NCBI GenBank assembly: GCA_951406725.2
Contig: OX597819.1
Coordinates: forward strand, 15,376,001 to 15,440,000
DNA from: Octopus vulgaris
Lineage: Eukaryota
Reading direction: 5' to 3'
DNA length: 64,000 nucleotides
The translations under genes were made by a program, and so were the position numbers. Shown one piece after another: positions 14,023 to 27,764 of the stretch. The notes beneath the pieces were generated by a model that was not told where the DNA came from, made no database searches, and saw nothing but the letters and a program-made list of their open reading frames with translations. The first letter of the stretch is position 1, and each line of letters starts with the position of its first letter.

Positions 14023-14208
14023 ATCTAAAAGATACCATCGTGCTAGATATAGCAGTCAAAACTTGACTCTATAAAACCACATGAAATATTCATACAACAC
14101 CAGTGGTTGGACGGTTTGACTGAGGACTGGTGCTGTATGAATACTTGATGTGGTTTTAAAGTCAAGTTTTGACTGCTATATCTAGCATAATGGTATCTTT
14201 TAGATACC
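14023..14208. repeat. Foldback with about 80-bp arms
   Basis: TATCTAAAAGATACCAT..CACCAGT / ACTGGTG..ATGGTATCTTTTAGATA. Confidence 0.8.
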
Positions 14209-14689
14209 ATATATATATATATATATATATAAAAGAAAGGTTGAGTTCACTTAGAACAGTTTTAATTTGTGGGGTCCAAAGTTAGATTTCTAATAAAGAT
14301 TCTTCATATTAAATTTGTGGCCTGCTATTGCAAGTATTTCATTAAAAATATAATAATTATACAAATATAAGGTATATTATGAGCATTTATCGAACACAGT
14401 CCTTTATAAATTCAAGAAAACCATTAAAGATGGAGAAGAGATGTTAAGAGTTTGATGACAGTTTAATACATGCATACGATTGTTTCAAATGGGAATAGCA
14501 TCATGGAAGAGATTAAATTAATTATGATTAATTTAATTATATATTACCATTCTTGTCAGTGCAAAAAATGAAGAAAACATGAAAAAAGTCGTAACAGAAA
14601 AAGAAATATGTTTTCACAGGATACTGCATTAAGTCCGTTTCGGATAACTCATTCGGATGTTAATGAAAAAGAATGTGAAAGACAAAATA

Positions 14690-15097
14690 TCAATATATAT
14701 AAAAGTGAAGTTGTGTGGTGTCTGTCTCCTACGATTTAGATTCCTAACTACTCCCACATTTTGCGGTGCAGTTTAACCAAAAGCGGGTATCTTATAGTCG
14801 TGATTCATATCGAGCCCTTCTGGGTATTAGCGCGCGTCTACTACGATGAGTCTACGATTTTAAAAATAATTTACCATCATTTTTTTTTATTTGATGCATT
14901 TTTTCGCTATTATATACGGGAAGTAACTCTCTAAAAATGTCTACGATGAGTCAACGATTTAAAAAAAAATTTACCATCATTTTTTTCCCCATTTTTAATG
15001 CATTTTTTTTTTTGCTATTTTTTGGCTATAATTCTCTAAAAATGCTTATATAGTTATTTCCCTTACAAACCCGAGCAACGCCGGGCGATACTGCTAG
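14690..15097 (+). mobile_element. Non-autonomous Helitron-like element, copy 1
   Basis: A|TC...CTAG|T ends; subterminal CCCG..CGGG hairpin; no TSD. Confidence 0.78.
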
Positions 15098-15701
15098 TAA
15101 AGTATAAAATTTGGGTAATTTTAGTCAATCAACAGACAGCGTGGCATTAGCTAGAAGGCCACATTATTGTAGTCGGTTTTCTGATTTTTTTTACTGTCTT
15201 TTAAAGAAATGCATATTTTGCGAATGAAAAAAACTAGATCCCCTATTTCTGACGCCTGCTAAGGTTGCAGCCATTAACTTTGCAAAAGGCAGAGGCATTA
15301 TATTCCTCCAGTACAATTAACCTATTTGAAATAGCAGCGAAATATCCCTCATTGATAGTAGCATTTTAAAAAGGAAACAGCACGTTTGACAACGTAGATC
15401 TTGACGGTGAAACCCGAGTTCTGGAATGGTATAATGGACGGCAGCGGAGAGATGAGGTGCTGTATTAATGTAAAATTAGCCTCATGAGTATACAAATCAT
15501 GCAATAAGGCGAATTTAACAGTGACAGGGATAATAACTTCAGTCATACATAGGTACAGATTCTACAGATTCCACATGGTTCTGGGTTCAGTCCCACTGCG
15601 TGGCACCTTGAGCAAGTGTCGTCTAATATAGCATCAGGTCGACCAAAGCCTTGTGTATGGATTTCGTTGACGGAAACTGAAAAAAGCCCGTCGTGTATAT
15701 A

Positions 15702-16079
15702 TCTTTATATATAAAAGAGAAGTTGTGTGTCTGTCTCCTACGATTTAGATTCCTAACTACTCCCACATTTTGCGGTGCAGTTTAACCAAAACCGGGTATC
15801 TTATAGTCGTGATTCATATCGAGCCCTTCTGGGTATTAGCGCGCATCTACGATGAGTCTACGATTTAAAAAAAAATTTACCATCATTTTTTTCGCTATTA
15901 TATAAGGGAAGTAACTCTCTATAAATGTCTACGATGAGTCAACGATTTAAAAAAAAAATTACCATAATTTTTTTCCATTTTTAATGTATTTTTTTGCTAT
16001 TTTTTGGCTATAACTCTCTAAAAATGCTTATATAGTTATTTCCCTTACAAACCCGAGCAACGCCGGGCGATACTGCTAG
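15702..16079 (+). mobile_element. Helitron-like copy 2, inserted into a family-A SINE
   Basis: Same ends as copy 1; splits the SINE into 15572-15695 and 16331-16533. Confidence 0.78.
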
Positions 16080-16080
16080 T

Positions 16081-16139
16081 ATATATATATATATATATAT
16101 AGATAGATAGATAGATAGATAGGTAGGTAGGTAGGTAGG

Positions 16140-16210
<71 letters not shown>

Positions 16211-16223
16211 GTAGGTAGGTAGG

Positions 16224-16312
<89 letters not shown>
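16081..16312. repeat. Compound (TA)n/(AGAT)n/(AGGT)n microsatellite
   Basis: Seen directly. Confidence 0.95.
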
Positions 16313-16313
<1 letters not shown>

Positions 16314-17274
16314 TAAACATATACACACACTTTGTGTGTCTTGTTTGTCCCCTCGCCATCGCTTGACAACCGATGCCGGTGTGTTTACGTTCCCGTAACT
16401 TAGCGGTTCGGCAAAAGTGACCGATAGAATAAGTACTAAGCTTACAAAGAATAAGTCCTCGGGTCGATTTGTTCGACTAGAGGTGATGCTCCAGCATGGC
16501 CGCAGTCAAAATGACTGAAACAAGTAAAAGAATACCGTAAATACGTGTAAGTTACTTCCCTTTATAATTTTAGTGAAATAGTCATCCGAGGTTTGATTAG
16601 TTTTTGTGTTGTTTTGTGCGTGAGGTAAGGGAGCTGACAAAACTGTTACTGCCTTGGACGAAATGCTTTTGGTGCCATTTCTTCCGTCTTAACGCTTTGA
16701 GTTCCAATTTCACCGAGGTCAACTTTGTCTTTCTTCCTTTCGGGATCGATGTAGTAAGTACCAGTGGCGTACTGGTATTCATGTAATTAATTAAGTACAT
16801 CTCCCCACAAAATTTCAGGCCTTGTGCCTATAATATAATGAACGAATAATGCTAATCTTTTATGCTCGGGTGACCCTACAGCTTCCAAGAGTACAACTGT
16901 ATTCGTCTTTGCTTAGATAAAATGACTAAATTGTGGGTGTTAAGTCCCCATGAACTTGTAAGATGATGAAATTTTATAAATATTACTTCATTTGTGTCTA
17001 ATATCTATGGTTAAAATTTCATCAACAGCAAAAATTTATGAATTGTCATGGGGGTTATAGCCTTTATGCATAGAATATAATTTCCAAATTTCGTAAAGAT
17101 CCAATATTTTGCGAGATTTTAACAAATTCATTAAACAAACACATTGTCTCGTACTTTTAACAGAAATATCCTACGTTTGGTCTTCTTTAACGCTCTTGCC
17201 GAAAATAAGTTCCATCACAATTTGTATAAACGGCCAGTATATGAACATAAAAACCGGGGAAATATTCACAAATA

Positions 17275-17655
17275 GGCGCAGGAGTGGCTGTGTGGTTAGT
17301 AGCTTGCTAACCAACCACATGGTTCCGGGTTCAGTCCCACTGCGTGGCATCTTGGGCAAGTGTCTTCTGCTATAGCCCCGGGCCGACCAATGCCTTGTGA
17401 GTGGGTTTGGTAGACGGAAACTAAAAGAAGCCTGTCGTATATATGTATGTGTGTGTTTGTCCCCCTAGCATTGCTTGACAACCAATGCTAGTGTGTTTAC
17501 GTCCCCGTCACTTAGCGGTTCGGCAAAAGAGACCAATAGAATAAGTACTGGGCTTACAAAGAATAAGTGCCGGGGTCGATTTGCTCGACTAAAGGCGGTG
17601 CTCCAGCATGGCCGCGGTCAAATGACTGAAACAAGTAAAAGAGAGTAAAGAGTAA
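17275..17655 (+). mobile_element. SINE family A, young subfamily
   Basis: Diagnostic GGCATCTTGGG / ATAGCCCCGGGCCGACCAATGCC variants. Confidence 0.82.
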
Positions 17656-17936
17656 ACGCAAATATGAACTGCAGAAGCAGAAATTTGATTTACTGCATCA
17701 AATGCCCGAATTGTGAAGAACTATATATAGGTCAGACTGGAAATGCACTATCAGAAGGTTCACGTGTGTACCGACAGCAAATTAGAGATCTAGATGTCCG
17801 TCAGATACCTTTGAGTAACCTTCTAGCAATATGTGGTCGGAAAATATATTTCCATTCTACAACCTACACAGTCCATGTGAAATTGAGAGAAAAATCAGAG
17901 AAAAGAATTTTCTTAATAAATTCCAAGCCAAGCTAA
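17656..17936 (+). pseudogene. Penelope-like element GIY-YIG endonuclease fragment
   Basis: NCRSRNLIYCIKCPNCEELYIGQTG motif; frameshifted and truncated by flanking insertions. Confidence 0.78.
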
Positions 17937-17937
17937 A

Positions 17938-18224
17938 TCTTTATATATAAAAGTAAGGTTGTGTGTCTGTCTCCTACGATTTAGATTCCTAACTACTCCC
18001 ACATTTTGCGGTGCAGTCTAACCAAAAGCGGGTATCTTATAGTCGTGATTCATATCGAGCCCTTCTGGGTATTAGCGCGCGTCTACGATGAGTCTACGAT
18101 TTTAAAAAAAATTTACCATCAATTTTTAATGCATTTTTGGCATATATAAGGGAAGTAACTCTCTAAAAATGCTTATATAGTTATTTCCCTTACAAACCCG
18201 ACCAACGCCGGGCGATACTGCTAG
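17938..18224 (+). mobile_element. Helitron-like copy 3 (internally shorter)
   Basis: A|TC...CTAG|T ends. Confidence 0.78.
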
Positions 18225-18631
18225 TAAACAATAATACTCATACTTAGAGGTAGTGTTTCTACTGCTACGACCACTACTACTACTAACAACAACAACAACA
18301 ATACTAAAGGTGCTCGAGATGATGATAACAGGAAAATACTAGCAGAGTCAAGAGAAAAGTCAGTGAAAATAATCTTCCTTTTGGGGTTTAAAGTTCTATA
18401 ACCACAGCTACTCCTACCACCACCACCACCACCAACAACAACAACAACGACGACGATGATAATAAAGGAGATTATAATGGCGTTGATGATAAGTGAAATG
18501 TAAAAATCTTTGGGAAATGGTTGCAACATTTCTAAAAAATAGCCAAACAATTGCTGTTTTGGCCAGGGTCAAAATACAGGTCTCTTGATATGTTCAAGAA
18601 ACCGTGACACCTAAACCAAAAACCAATCAAC

Positions 18632-18861
18632 TTAAGTAATTTAGTGTTCAGATTACTCTGTTAAATGTAATACTTTTTCACTCAAATTGTTTTGAATTAA
18701 TCAAGCATTATCTTATAGCTTTGAGGTTTCAATGATGTGATTGCTTATTTTCAGAATGGCATTGTAGGTTAGGAGTGAGAGGCTAGATATCGCCAGTTTG
18801 AATATAAAACATGTAGAATATATTGGGCCGGATTTGGCCGGTTTAAACACTAAAGGGTTAA
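18632..18861. mobile_element. piggyBac-like MITE (second family)
   Basis: TTTAGTGTT ... AACACTAAAGGG|TTAA. Confidence 0.55.
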
Positions 18862-19539
18862 GTAATTTAGTAAAGCTACACACTGATTGGTCAGAATACA
18901 GTTTGCAAAAATTAACATTCTGCAGCCTATACAAATGTATTTAAGGCTCACAGTTTAGCCATCTCACTACAGTTGTAAATTGTAAAACATAACTGTCACC
19001 ACTACTACATGAACCTGAAGATTGCATAGTTTAATGCATGAAAGTACTAGTTCAAAATAGAACGGACATTTGATATTGTATCATTTCATTATATTATATT
19101 ACCTTATAATATCTTATACTATATTATTATAAGATTGTAAATAAAACGTGAAAATCATACAAAGTTGGAATTTCTTTGAGTCACATTCATACATACATGT
19201 CATTATTCGGTATATTTCAAGATTTCTCGCCAATAGAGAAAGAACTGGTTTCTAACCTAGATCCAAGGCTCCTTCATTGGAATTTCAACATCAACAACAG
19301 GGTAATTTTATATGTATGTATGAGCAGATTTATATGTTTTATGTGTGTATTCTCATGCATATAGTTGCATATCTAAACATGCTCATATATATTTAAATGA
19401 TAAACTTCTGAAATGTTTTACAGATTTTTACAGTTCCAGTGATGGATTGGATCTGTAGTCTTCGAATCAGCTTTCTCCTTTCTGGTTTTGAGAAGCCTAA
19501 TTTCCCAAGGCCCCAATCTGGATAGAGTAACTGCAAGAA

Positions 19540-19947
19540 AGCTTGTAGAATTTTATCGCTGCTTCGATAAGTTTTAGAACAACTTATGTCTGTGAGCAAA
19601 CATTTTCAAAAATAAAGAAAGTGAAGTCAGCACATCAAACGAGGCTGACTGATGAATATTTGAAAGCGGTTCTCTTGGTTGGATGCAGCAATTCCAAAGC
19701 AAATATTGATGATATCTTAAAAAGCTATACACCAAATCCCACCAGCCTTTTTCACTGCTTAGTTTGTGAGATTCGGATGCGTGCTGGGTGTGATATAACT
19801 ATCTTATTGCTAAGGTCGCCTTCTTTGATAACTTTTTGGTAGACAAAGATGTTTGTCTATTTTTTGTGTATTCACTGGTTTTGAACAAAATGGTTACGTG
19901 GCCCCTTGCTCATCATTCTTTCTGTGAAAAAAGCCTGGTGACCTCTG
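19540..19947 (+). mobile_element. hAT (Charlie/GTF2IRD2-like) transposon 3' relic
   Basis: TTYVCEQTFSKIKKVKSAHQTRLTDEYLKAVL dimerization motif; TIR-like GGTGACCTCTG followed by AACTAGAA. Confidence 0.7.
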
Positions 19948-20030
19948 AACTAGAAGATAGTAGTTGGTTGCTAACTAAACTGGCTGAGTTTGTGATGATC
20001 CAAATTAACCACCAGTGGATATTCTTTAAC

Positions 20031-20563
20031 TCAAGGCACAAGGCCCGAAATTTTGGGGGAGGGAACCAGTCGATTAGATCAACCCCCAGTACGCAATTGG
20101 TACTTAATTTATCGACCCCGAAAGCGTGAAAGGCAAAGTCGACCTCGGTGGAATTTGAACTCAGAACGTAAAGACAGGCGAAATACCTATTTCTTTACTA
20201 CCCACATGGGGCTAAACACAGAGAGGACAAACGGACTAAATGGATTATATCGACCCAGTGCGTAACTGGTACTTAATTTATCGACCCTGAAAGCATGAAA
20301 GGCAAAGTCGACCTCGGCGGAATTTGAACTCAGAATGTAACAGCAGACGAAATACCTATTTCTTTACTACCTACAAGGGGCTAAACACAGAGAGGACAAA
20401 CGGATTAAATCGACCCCAGTGCGTAACTGGTACTTAATTTATCGACCTCGAAAGCAGGAAAGGCAAAGTCGACCGCGGCAGAATTTGAACTCAGAACGTA
20501 ACGGCAGACGAAATACGGCTACGCATTTCGCCCGGCGTGCTAACGTCTCTGCCAGATCGCCGC
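20031..20563 (-). mobile_element. SINE family B with tandemly triplicated body
   Basis: Three head-to-tail units of about 160-175 bp with a single 5' head. Confidence 0.78.
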
Positions 20564-22671
20564 TTTGCTACCCTTGAACGTTAGCAGCTGTGAAGCATTT
20601 ATTTCTCTAGAGTTACCTCCCTTGCACTTCGCTCCTTCAAATGGCAACGGACATAAAAATCTTTTACCGAGAATACGTGTAACTTTCGTAATGAGAGAAA
20701 TGCTGAGGTGGTTTGAGTGTGTGACGTACATGCCGTTCTTGAAACCGAATTCCTCATCTCGAATCGCCCGGGACCCATTAGATTTTCGATCAGTCTTTAA
20801 ATATCGACCTAATGAAAAGCAATAGAAGTAACATCAGCAGATTTCAGCATCAAAAACTGTTAACCCTCTTCTGCCTCTTGCTTCATTCATTAGACTGCGA
20901 CCATGCTGGGGCATAGAAGAATTTTTGCTCAATGAATCTACCCCAGCACTATTTTCTTTTAAAGCTTAGTACTTATTGTATTGGCCTCTTTCGCCAACAC
21001 CATGTGACATTCTATATTCTAACTCATCATCATCATTTAGCGTCCGCTTTCCATGCTAGCATGGGTTGGACGGTTCAACTGGGGTCTGTGAAGCCAGAAG
21101 GCTGCATCAGGCCCAGTCTGATCTGCCCTTCCTAACGCCAACCACTCCGTGAGTGTAGTGGGTGCTTTTTACATGCCACCCGTACAGGTGCCAGACGGGG
21201 CTGGCAAACGGCCACAGACGGATGGTGCTTTTTACGTGCCACCGGCACGGGGGCCAGGCAAGGCTGGCAACTACATAGTATAACTAAATATAGTGTATGC
21301 AATATATACAGCATCATTTTAATGTTCACTTTTCCATGCTAGCATGGCTTGGGAGGAATTTGTTGAGGCAGATTTTTTATGGTAGGATACTCTTCCTGTT
21401 GCCAACACTAACCCATTTCCAAGTGTGGTGATATGTCCCTGCAAAACAGTGATATTTGCTTACAAGTATCATGTGATGTCAGGGCAGGATAGTAACAGAC
21501 ACTTATGTATATTCAAAAGGCTTCTCTCAGTTTTTGCTTACCAGATCTACTCACAAAAATTTGGTTGGTTCAAGGCTATATAGAAGGTGCCATGCAGTGA
21601 GATTGAACTTGGGACCATGTGGTTGGAAGGCAAGCATCTTATCACACAGCTACGCTTGCACTTAAATATATAAGAAAATAATCTTGACTGGGCTTGCGGT
21701 CCAATGGGAAGAAGGGTGTGACCAGGTGTACAACTGGGAACGCACCAAGTAAAGGAACCTTCTGTAGAATTGCAGGGAGAAGGGATGGCAGTCATGGTTT
21801 TTCCCAGTTGAGGTTTGCTGTAGGAGATTCCCTGCCCTGTAGGTATGGAGGATGCTCACAGCCATTGGGATGAGAGGAAAAGAGCAAAAGGTGACTGAGC
21901 ACAGGATGGGAGAGGCAGCAGAAAGATCCTCTTATTGGTTATGGAGCAAGCGAGAGGAGTTAAGCTGGAGGCCTGGAAGAGATTATGAGCAGTGATTTGG
22001 CCAGGTTGACTGACCCACCAACGGGAGGGTGTTTCAGTTCAGGGTTGAAACACCTGATCTTTGGATACTGTCTGATGATATCAGTTCCTCTTGGCCAAAG
22101 CATCATTCACTTTGGTGAGTAGAAACGAAGAACCTTCTTCTAGGTATTATCAATAACACATCATCATCATGACTAACATCCACCTTGCCATGTGTGCTGG
22201 CATGGGTCAGACAAATCTTTGACAAACAGCTTTTCTACAACCAGATGCTCTCCATGTCACTAACACTCACCAGTTTCCAACCTCCCAATCCTTTGAACAA
22301 CAAACAGCAACAATGGTTGGATGTGTGTTAAAGGCCATTTGTAAACACCATTGTACAACCAGTGGCCTTTGTTTTTATGTATGCAAACAACATCAAGATG
22401 AAGGAATGCCTCACACATATACAATGACCTTCTTAAACTTTGTCAATCAAAACCATCAATCACAAGTCATGGGTCAGTCTGAAGCCAAAATAAAAGACAT
22501 CTATCTAGTCATGGTACAATAAAGTGAGAATGGATCTGAAACTACATTTATTCCCAAAGCATGCAACTGTGGACAAGCATCTATTATGACCCTTGACTAA
22601 CCAATGCATACAAACTATAACAACTCTATTGTATATTTTGTACAGAGATCTTTTGCATAGTATATCTATAC

Positions 22672-23040
22672 AAAGAGCACCATCCGAGCGTGATCGTTGC
22701 CAGAGCGGCTATCTGGCCCCCGTGCTGGTGGCACGTAAGAGGGCACCATTCGAGCGTGATCGTTACCAGCATCGCCTTACTGGCACCTGTGCCGGTGGCA
22801 TGTGTAATAGATTCCAGCGAGGTCGTTGCCAGTACTGCCTGACTCGCCTCCGTGCCGGTGGAATGTAAAAGCACCCACTACACTCTTGTAGAGTGGTTGG
22901 CATTAGGAAGGGCATCCAGCTGTAGAAACACTGCCAGATCAAGATTGAAGCCTGGTGCAGCCATCTGGTTCGCCAGACCTCAGCCAAATTGTCCAACCCA
23001 TGCTAGCATGGAAAGCGGACGTTAAACGATGATGATGATG
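22672..23040 (+). mobile_element. Family C short retroelement (RTE-like GGTTGGCRTTAGGAAGGGCATCCAGC motif, (GAT)n tail)
   Basis: Shared core and tail; other copies at about 12955-13255, 21025-21270, 29072-29268, 31450-31730, 33583-33910 and 59066-59242. Confidence 0.72.
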
Positions 23041-25494
23041 TATACAAATCATTTAACTCAGCCCTGATCCGAGACATTCCAGCTGTGACCATTTCATCTA
23101 TTCAGATAGCGTATCGAGGTAAACTTGCCTTTTTATGAAGATCATCGTCGTTGTTTTAACATCCATTTGCAGAAGTCGAGTAGAGCTTACTGAGGCCAAT
23201 TTTCTCTAAGTTGGCTGCCCTTCCTGATGCCAAACCTCACCTGTTTCCATGCAAGGTAATATTTCCCCACAGCCAGACAGGTTTTCACACATGACTGGCA
23301 ATGAACGACACTGCCTGTATAACAGTGACACTCATTTACAACTATCACTTGATGTCAAGACAAGGAGGCATAAGCATATATGTACCCACTCATACAATAG
23401 GCTTCTTACAGTTTCCATCTATCAAATCCACTCACAGGGCTTTGGTCAGGCTGGGGCTAAAATAGAAGACACTTGTCTAAAGTGCCACACAGGAAACTGA
23501 AACTGGAATCATGTGGTTGGGAGGCAAAGTTCTTAACAACACAGCTACGTCTGCACCTGGAGATATTTTAAGTAAATCACCATGTGGTCATATACAGGTC
23601 CCCACTTTGGCATTGCATGTTATTGCAGAAGTAGCAGCTCTTCACTTCTGGCTAAGACAAAAACAAATATTTTTTTTTTCCAAAAAAATGTAATAACACA
23701 CACATAAAACCTGAATTTTTAAAATATATTTCTTTAGTCTACATTAAAAGTAGATCACATATTTCCTTAATTTTTAAATCTTTTTGGGGTTTTCTTGTTT
23801 TTCTTTATGGTTTAGGGAGAAGAGGAAGGGCAAAAGGGCATTACCTATGACCTTTAGTGGAATCTGCTCTGTTGTTGAAAGCATTTGGGTTAGGTCCCAC
23901 GTCTGAGGATAACTTCTCCATTTCTTCTGCCAGTCTTGAAGGCCATAAAAACAGGTCATGGGGAAGTGATTGTGTTAAAACCAAGTGCCAGATTAAGTCA
24001 GCCACCTACAAACAGGAGTGAACCCTTTCAAACAGGTTTCCACATAGCTTTTGTCAACCAAATTTCCTTTACAAGGCTTTTAGTCAGCACAAGGCTGTGG
24101 TAGAAGATACTTAGAAGTGTAGTGGGTTTGATCCCCAAACCATGTAGCTATAAAGCAAACTTCTTAACCACAATGCCACGACTGGGATCGTACGAGAATC
24201 AAAAATACATATGGCCGACAAGGAGAGATACCTGTATAACATATAGAGTCCTGGTTCTATTTCAGGTGGCATGTTACTAATTTGTACACCTGTAATTAAC
24301 TGAATTGGCCCCAATGTGTTTTAGAGAGATGTGAAAAGTGAAGTTAAACCTGGCAGAATTTTAACTTAGAACATAAATGTAACAAACTAAATATTATTGT
24401 GTGAGGCATTTAGCAGAGGACGTTACTGCTGCTCCTCAACTTTCTTAACGAACTAATTAACAAACTTTGAAGAAATCATCCTTTGTTTGTTCCTTGAAGT
24501 GTTGTTACATGGTGACCATATATGACCATCCATACATACATACATCTGTCCATATTATCACTACTATAGTGAGCAATTCAGCAGACATCTAACTAAAATT
24601 GCTGAACAATCAGCATTGTTGCTAAAATATCTGCATTACAAAGCAGGAATCATTGCCTTGAGCAATGAAAAGAAATTATTTGAGTAAAAATAAAGAATAT
24701 AAAAAAAAAAACAGTAACAACTAATTTAGACCATTTCCACAGGAAGAGGAATTTTGCAAGTCTGGAGAGGGTCTGCTGCTGCTTCTGATGTTGTAGACTT
24801 CAAGGGAGAATAATGTCATTGTTACAGAACTGTCTTCAGTGGAAAAACTCTATAGAGGAGAAAGGGGAATAGCAATGAATTGCAGACACAAATATAAGAA
24901 AATAGGGGGCTGATGACTGTTTATGTTGAAATTAATCAGGGGGGAAATTAAAACAGGGGAGGAGAGCAGAAATTTTGTTCTTTAATGCTGGGGGGGGGGG
25001 GCTTGTTTTTGTTCAAAAATTTAAATATATCTTCTCAAATAGTGAGAGGGGGGCGGGGCGGGGAGGAGGAAGAGTAAACTGATAATTGTGCGGGGAACAC
25101 TTTTCAGCTTTTTTTTTTTAATGTTTTCTTGGGTGGGGAGGCTGGGTAGGGGGGGGGGAGAATCTTTTTTCATGGTACATTGTCAGTTTTTGATTGCATA
25201 GTTTGGTCAAACTGCAAGTAGTGGTGGTGGGCATTATATGGTTGGTGTAACACACACGTATGTATATGTATGTGTGTATATGTGTCTGTGTGTGTGTGTG
25301 TGTAATATGTGCATTCGTGAGATCTGTATAAAAATGCAAAATATGTGGATGTGTATATATATAAGTGTGTGCGTGTGTGATATGTATGTGTATACCTGTA
25401 AGTGTATGTATGTATGTATGTGTGTGTGTGTATGGATGTGTATGAAACTGGTCTGTATGGAAAGATGTACAATGGTTTTATTACAGTGGAGACT

Positions 25495-25631
25495 TCATGA
25501 TTTCAGTATGGGCCGCCCAAGACGACTGAAGACCCCACTGCTGTCACCATTGAGAGGTTCTGTGTCTTGGGGGTCATCTGCAGTGGAACTTACTTCTGAA
25601 CATCGTTGGAGTCCAAGACGAGATTTGACAC
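25495..25631 (-). CDS. C19orf47: C19orf47-like terminal coding exon 8
   Basis: ttacag|GTGTCAAATCT...; encodes GVKSRLG...[16 protein letters not shown]. Confidence 0.83.
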
Positions 25632-27690
25632 CTGTAAATGAATAATAAAGCAAGATTTTGACATTTGTTAACGATAATAAAAACTACATTTTGCGCATCA
25701 TCATCATCATTTTAACATCCATGTTCCGATGCTTGAATGGAGAGGATGGAATTTACTGAAGCATATTTTCTGTGGTCAGATGTCCATCCTGTTGCCAAAC
25801 CCCACCTGTTTCTAAGCAAGGAAACCTGTGTGTACTGGGTGCTTTTTCTGTGGTACCAGCACTGTTGAAGTCGTTCTGCAGTTTGCAAGTCAATAAAACC
25901 CTAAGAGGGGTAGGCACCCCTTATGTTAGATGGGGGTTTAAGGTGTGAGAGAAGAACTTAGCATGGAAGAGGCTCTTGTGGAAAAGCTAAATGGCCGCTC
26001 ACATTTAAGGGAGAGAGTGAGAATGAAACAACGGTAACTCCAAAGAGATAGAGGGGGATTCGAGGTAGCGCCTTAAGGTATGAGGTGAGGAGTAGTGAGT
26101 GGGGACAGAGGAGCTAGGAGTGTGTGTGGGTGTGGACTTGCCAGAGCAAGGGAGAGATACAAAGATGGGAGGTGCACAAGTTGGAGGAAGTAGAAGGGAC
26201 AGTAATGATGATACAGTTGACAGGGGGGAGGGAAAGAGGGATGTGTTCGGGTAGGTTGCAGGGGCAGGGAGGAGAGAGAAGGGCAGTGCACGAGAAGAGA
26301 TAATTTGGTGGTCTGAAGGGGTATGGGATGGCTGTAATAACAAGTGGGTGTATTAATGGATGAAGAATGACTAACAAGAGAAACGGTGCTGGACAGTAAG
26401 AGAGGGACATGGTATCAAGGGGGAGGGTGACTGTGTGGTTAAGAATCTTACTTCCCAACCCTGTGGTCTTCGGTTCAGTACCACAGCGTGACACCTTGGG
26501 CAAATGTGTTGTACTAAGGCCCTAGACCAACCCATGCAAGCGTAGAAAAGTGGATGTTAAAAGTGAACATTTATATTCTTAAGTTTAGCGAAATAAAAAA
26601 AACAGGAAAAATACAACTCAAAACATGGATTTGATGAATGTCAAAGCACAAAACTCCAGGCTCTTGAGTCACTCGGTAACAAACAAACATCCGTCTGTCC
26701 ATCCATCCATACCTTACCGTACAAACATGGCATTACATATAAATTTATAATGGACACAACAACTCCTGGAATAACATACTATCCAATAGCATCATGAAAC
26801 GATATACTGATTGGGTTATTGTGTTACTGGAGTTAGTATAAAGTAGATACTAGCACAAGTACAGAGCATCACAAGTCAGAAAAATACTTTGCCGGGTTTT
26901 TAATGAAGAAACCACTAAATCTAAACAGACCAAAGCAATAATTCTGGCTCAATATATTGTGTTTCGACGGTTAAAACATATACGCACATATACATATGCA
27001 TATGAATGCATGTGTGTGTATGTTTTAACTGTGTGTGTGTGTCTGTGTGTCATTGTTCAGTTTTATTTCAAGATTTCTTGCCAAGAGAGAAAGAGCCGGT
27101 TTCTAACTTAGACACAAGGTTCCTTCATTAGAATTTCAACATAAACAACAGGGTGTGTATGTGTGTATGTATGTATGTATGAATGTATGTGTGTGCGCGT
27201 GTGTGTGCAGATTTGTACGTATTCTCATGCATATAGTTGCATATCTAGACATGCTCATATATATTTAAATGATAAACTTCTAGAAAGTTTTACAGATTTA
27301 TACAGTTCCAATGATGGATTGGATCTGTAGTCTTCAAATTAGCTTTCTCCTTCCTGGTTCTGAGGAGCCTAATTTCTCAAGATTGGTATTTAGGCCAGGG
27401 TCATAAGAATTATAGGTATAAACCTGAACTTGTAATATGTGTGTGTGCGTGTATATGTTTATGCTTATTTTCATGTCGAATTCTATATATATATATATAT
27501 ATATATAACAATTTAGTATTAAACTGAAAAATTACACAATACTTTTAGTAGAATACATATTTATTAAATATTTACAAGGATAAGGTTGACAGTAACTTCA
27601 AAGTTTTGGCTTGCTTGCCTTCATCAGATAGTTTGACAAAGGTAAGAAAGCCAAAACTTCAAAGTCACAGTTAAGCTTTTCCTTGTAAAA

Positions 27691-27764
<74 letters not shown>

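Noticed and set aside
17275-17345. tRNA-like A/B boxes (here and in other SINE heads)
   Set aside because: SINE 5' heads continuous with SINE bodies; no convincing cloverleaf.
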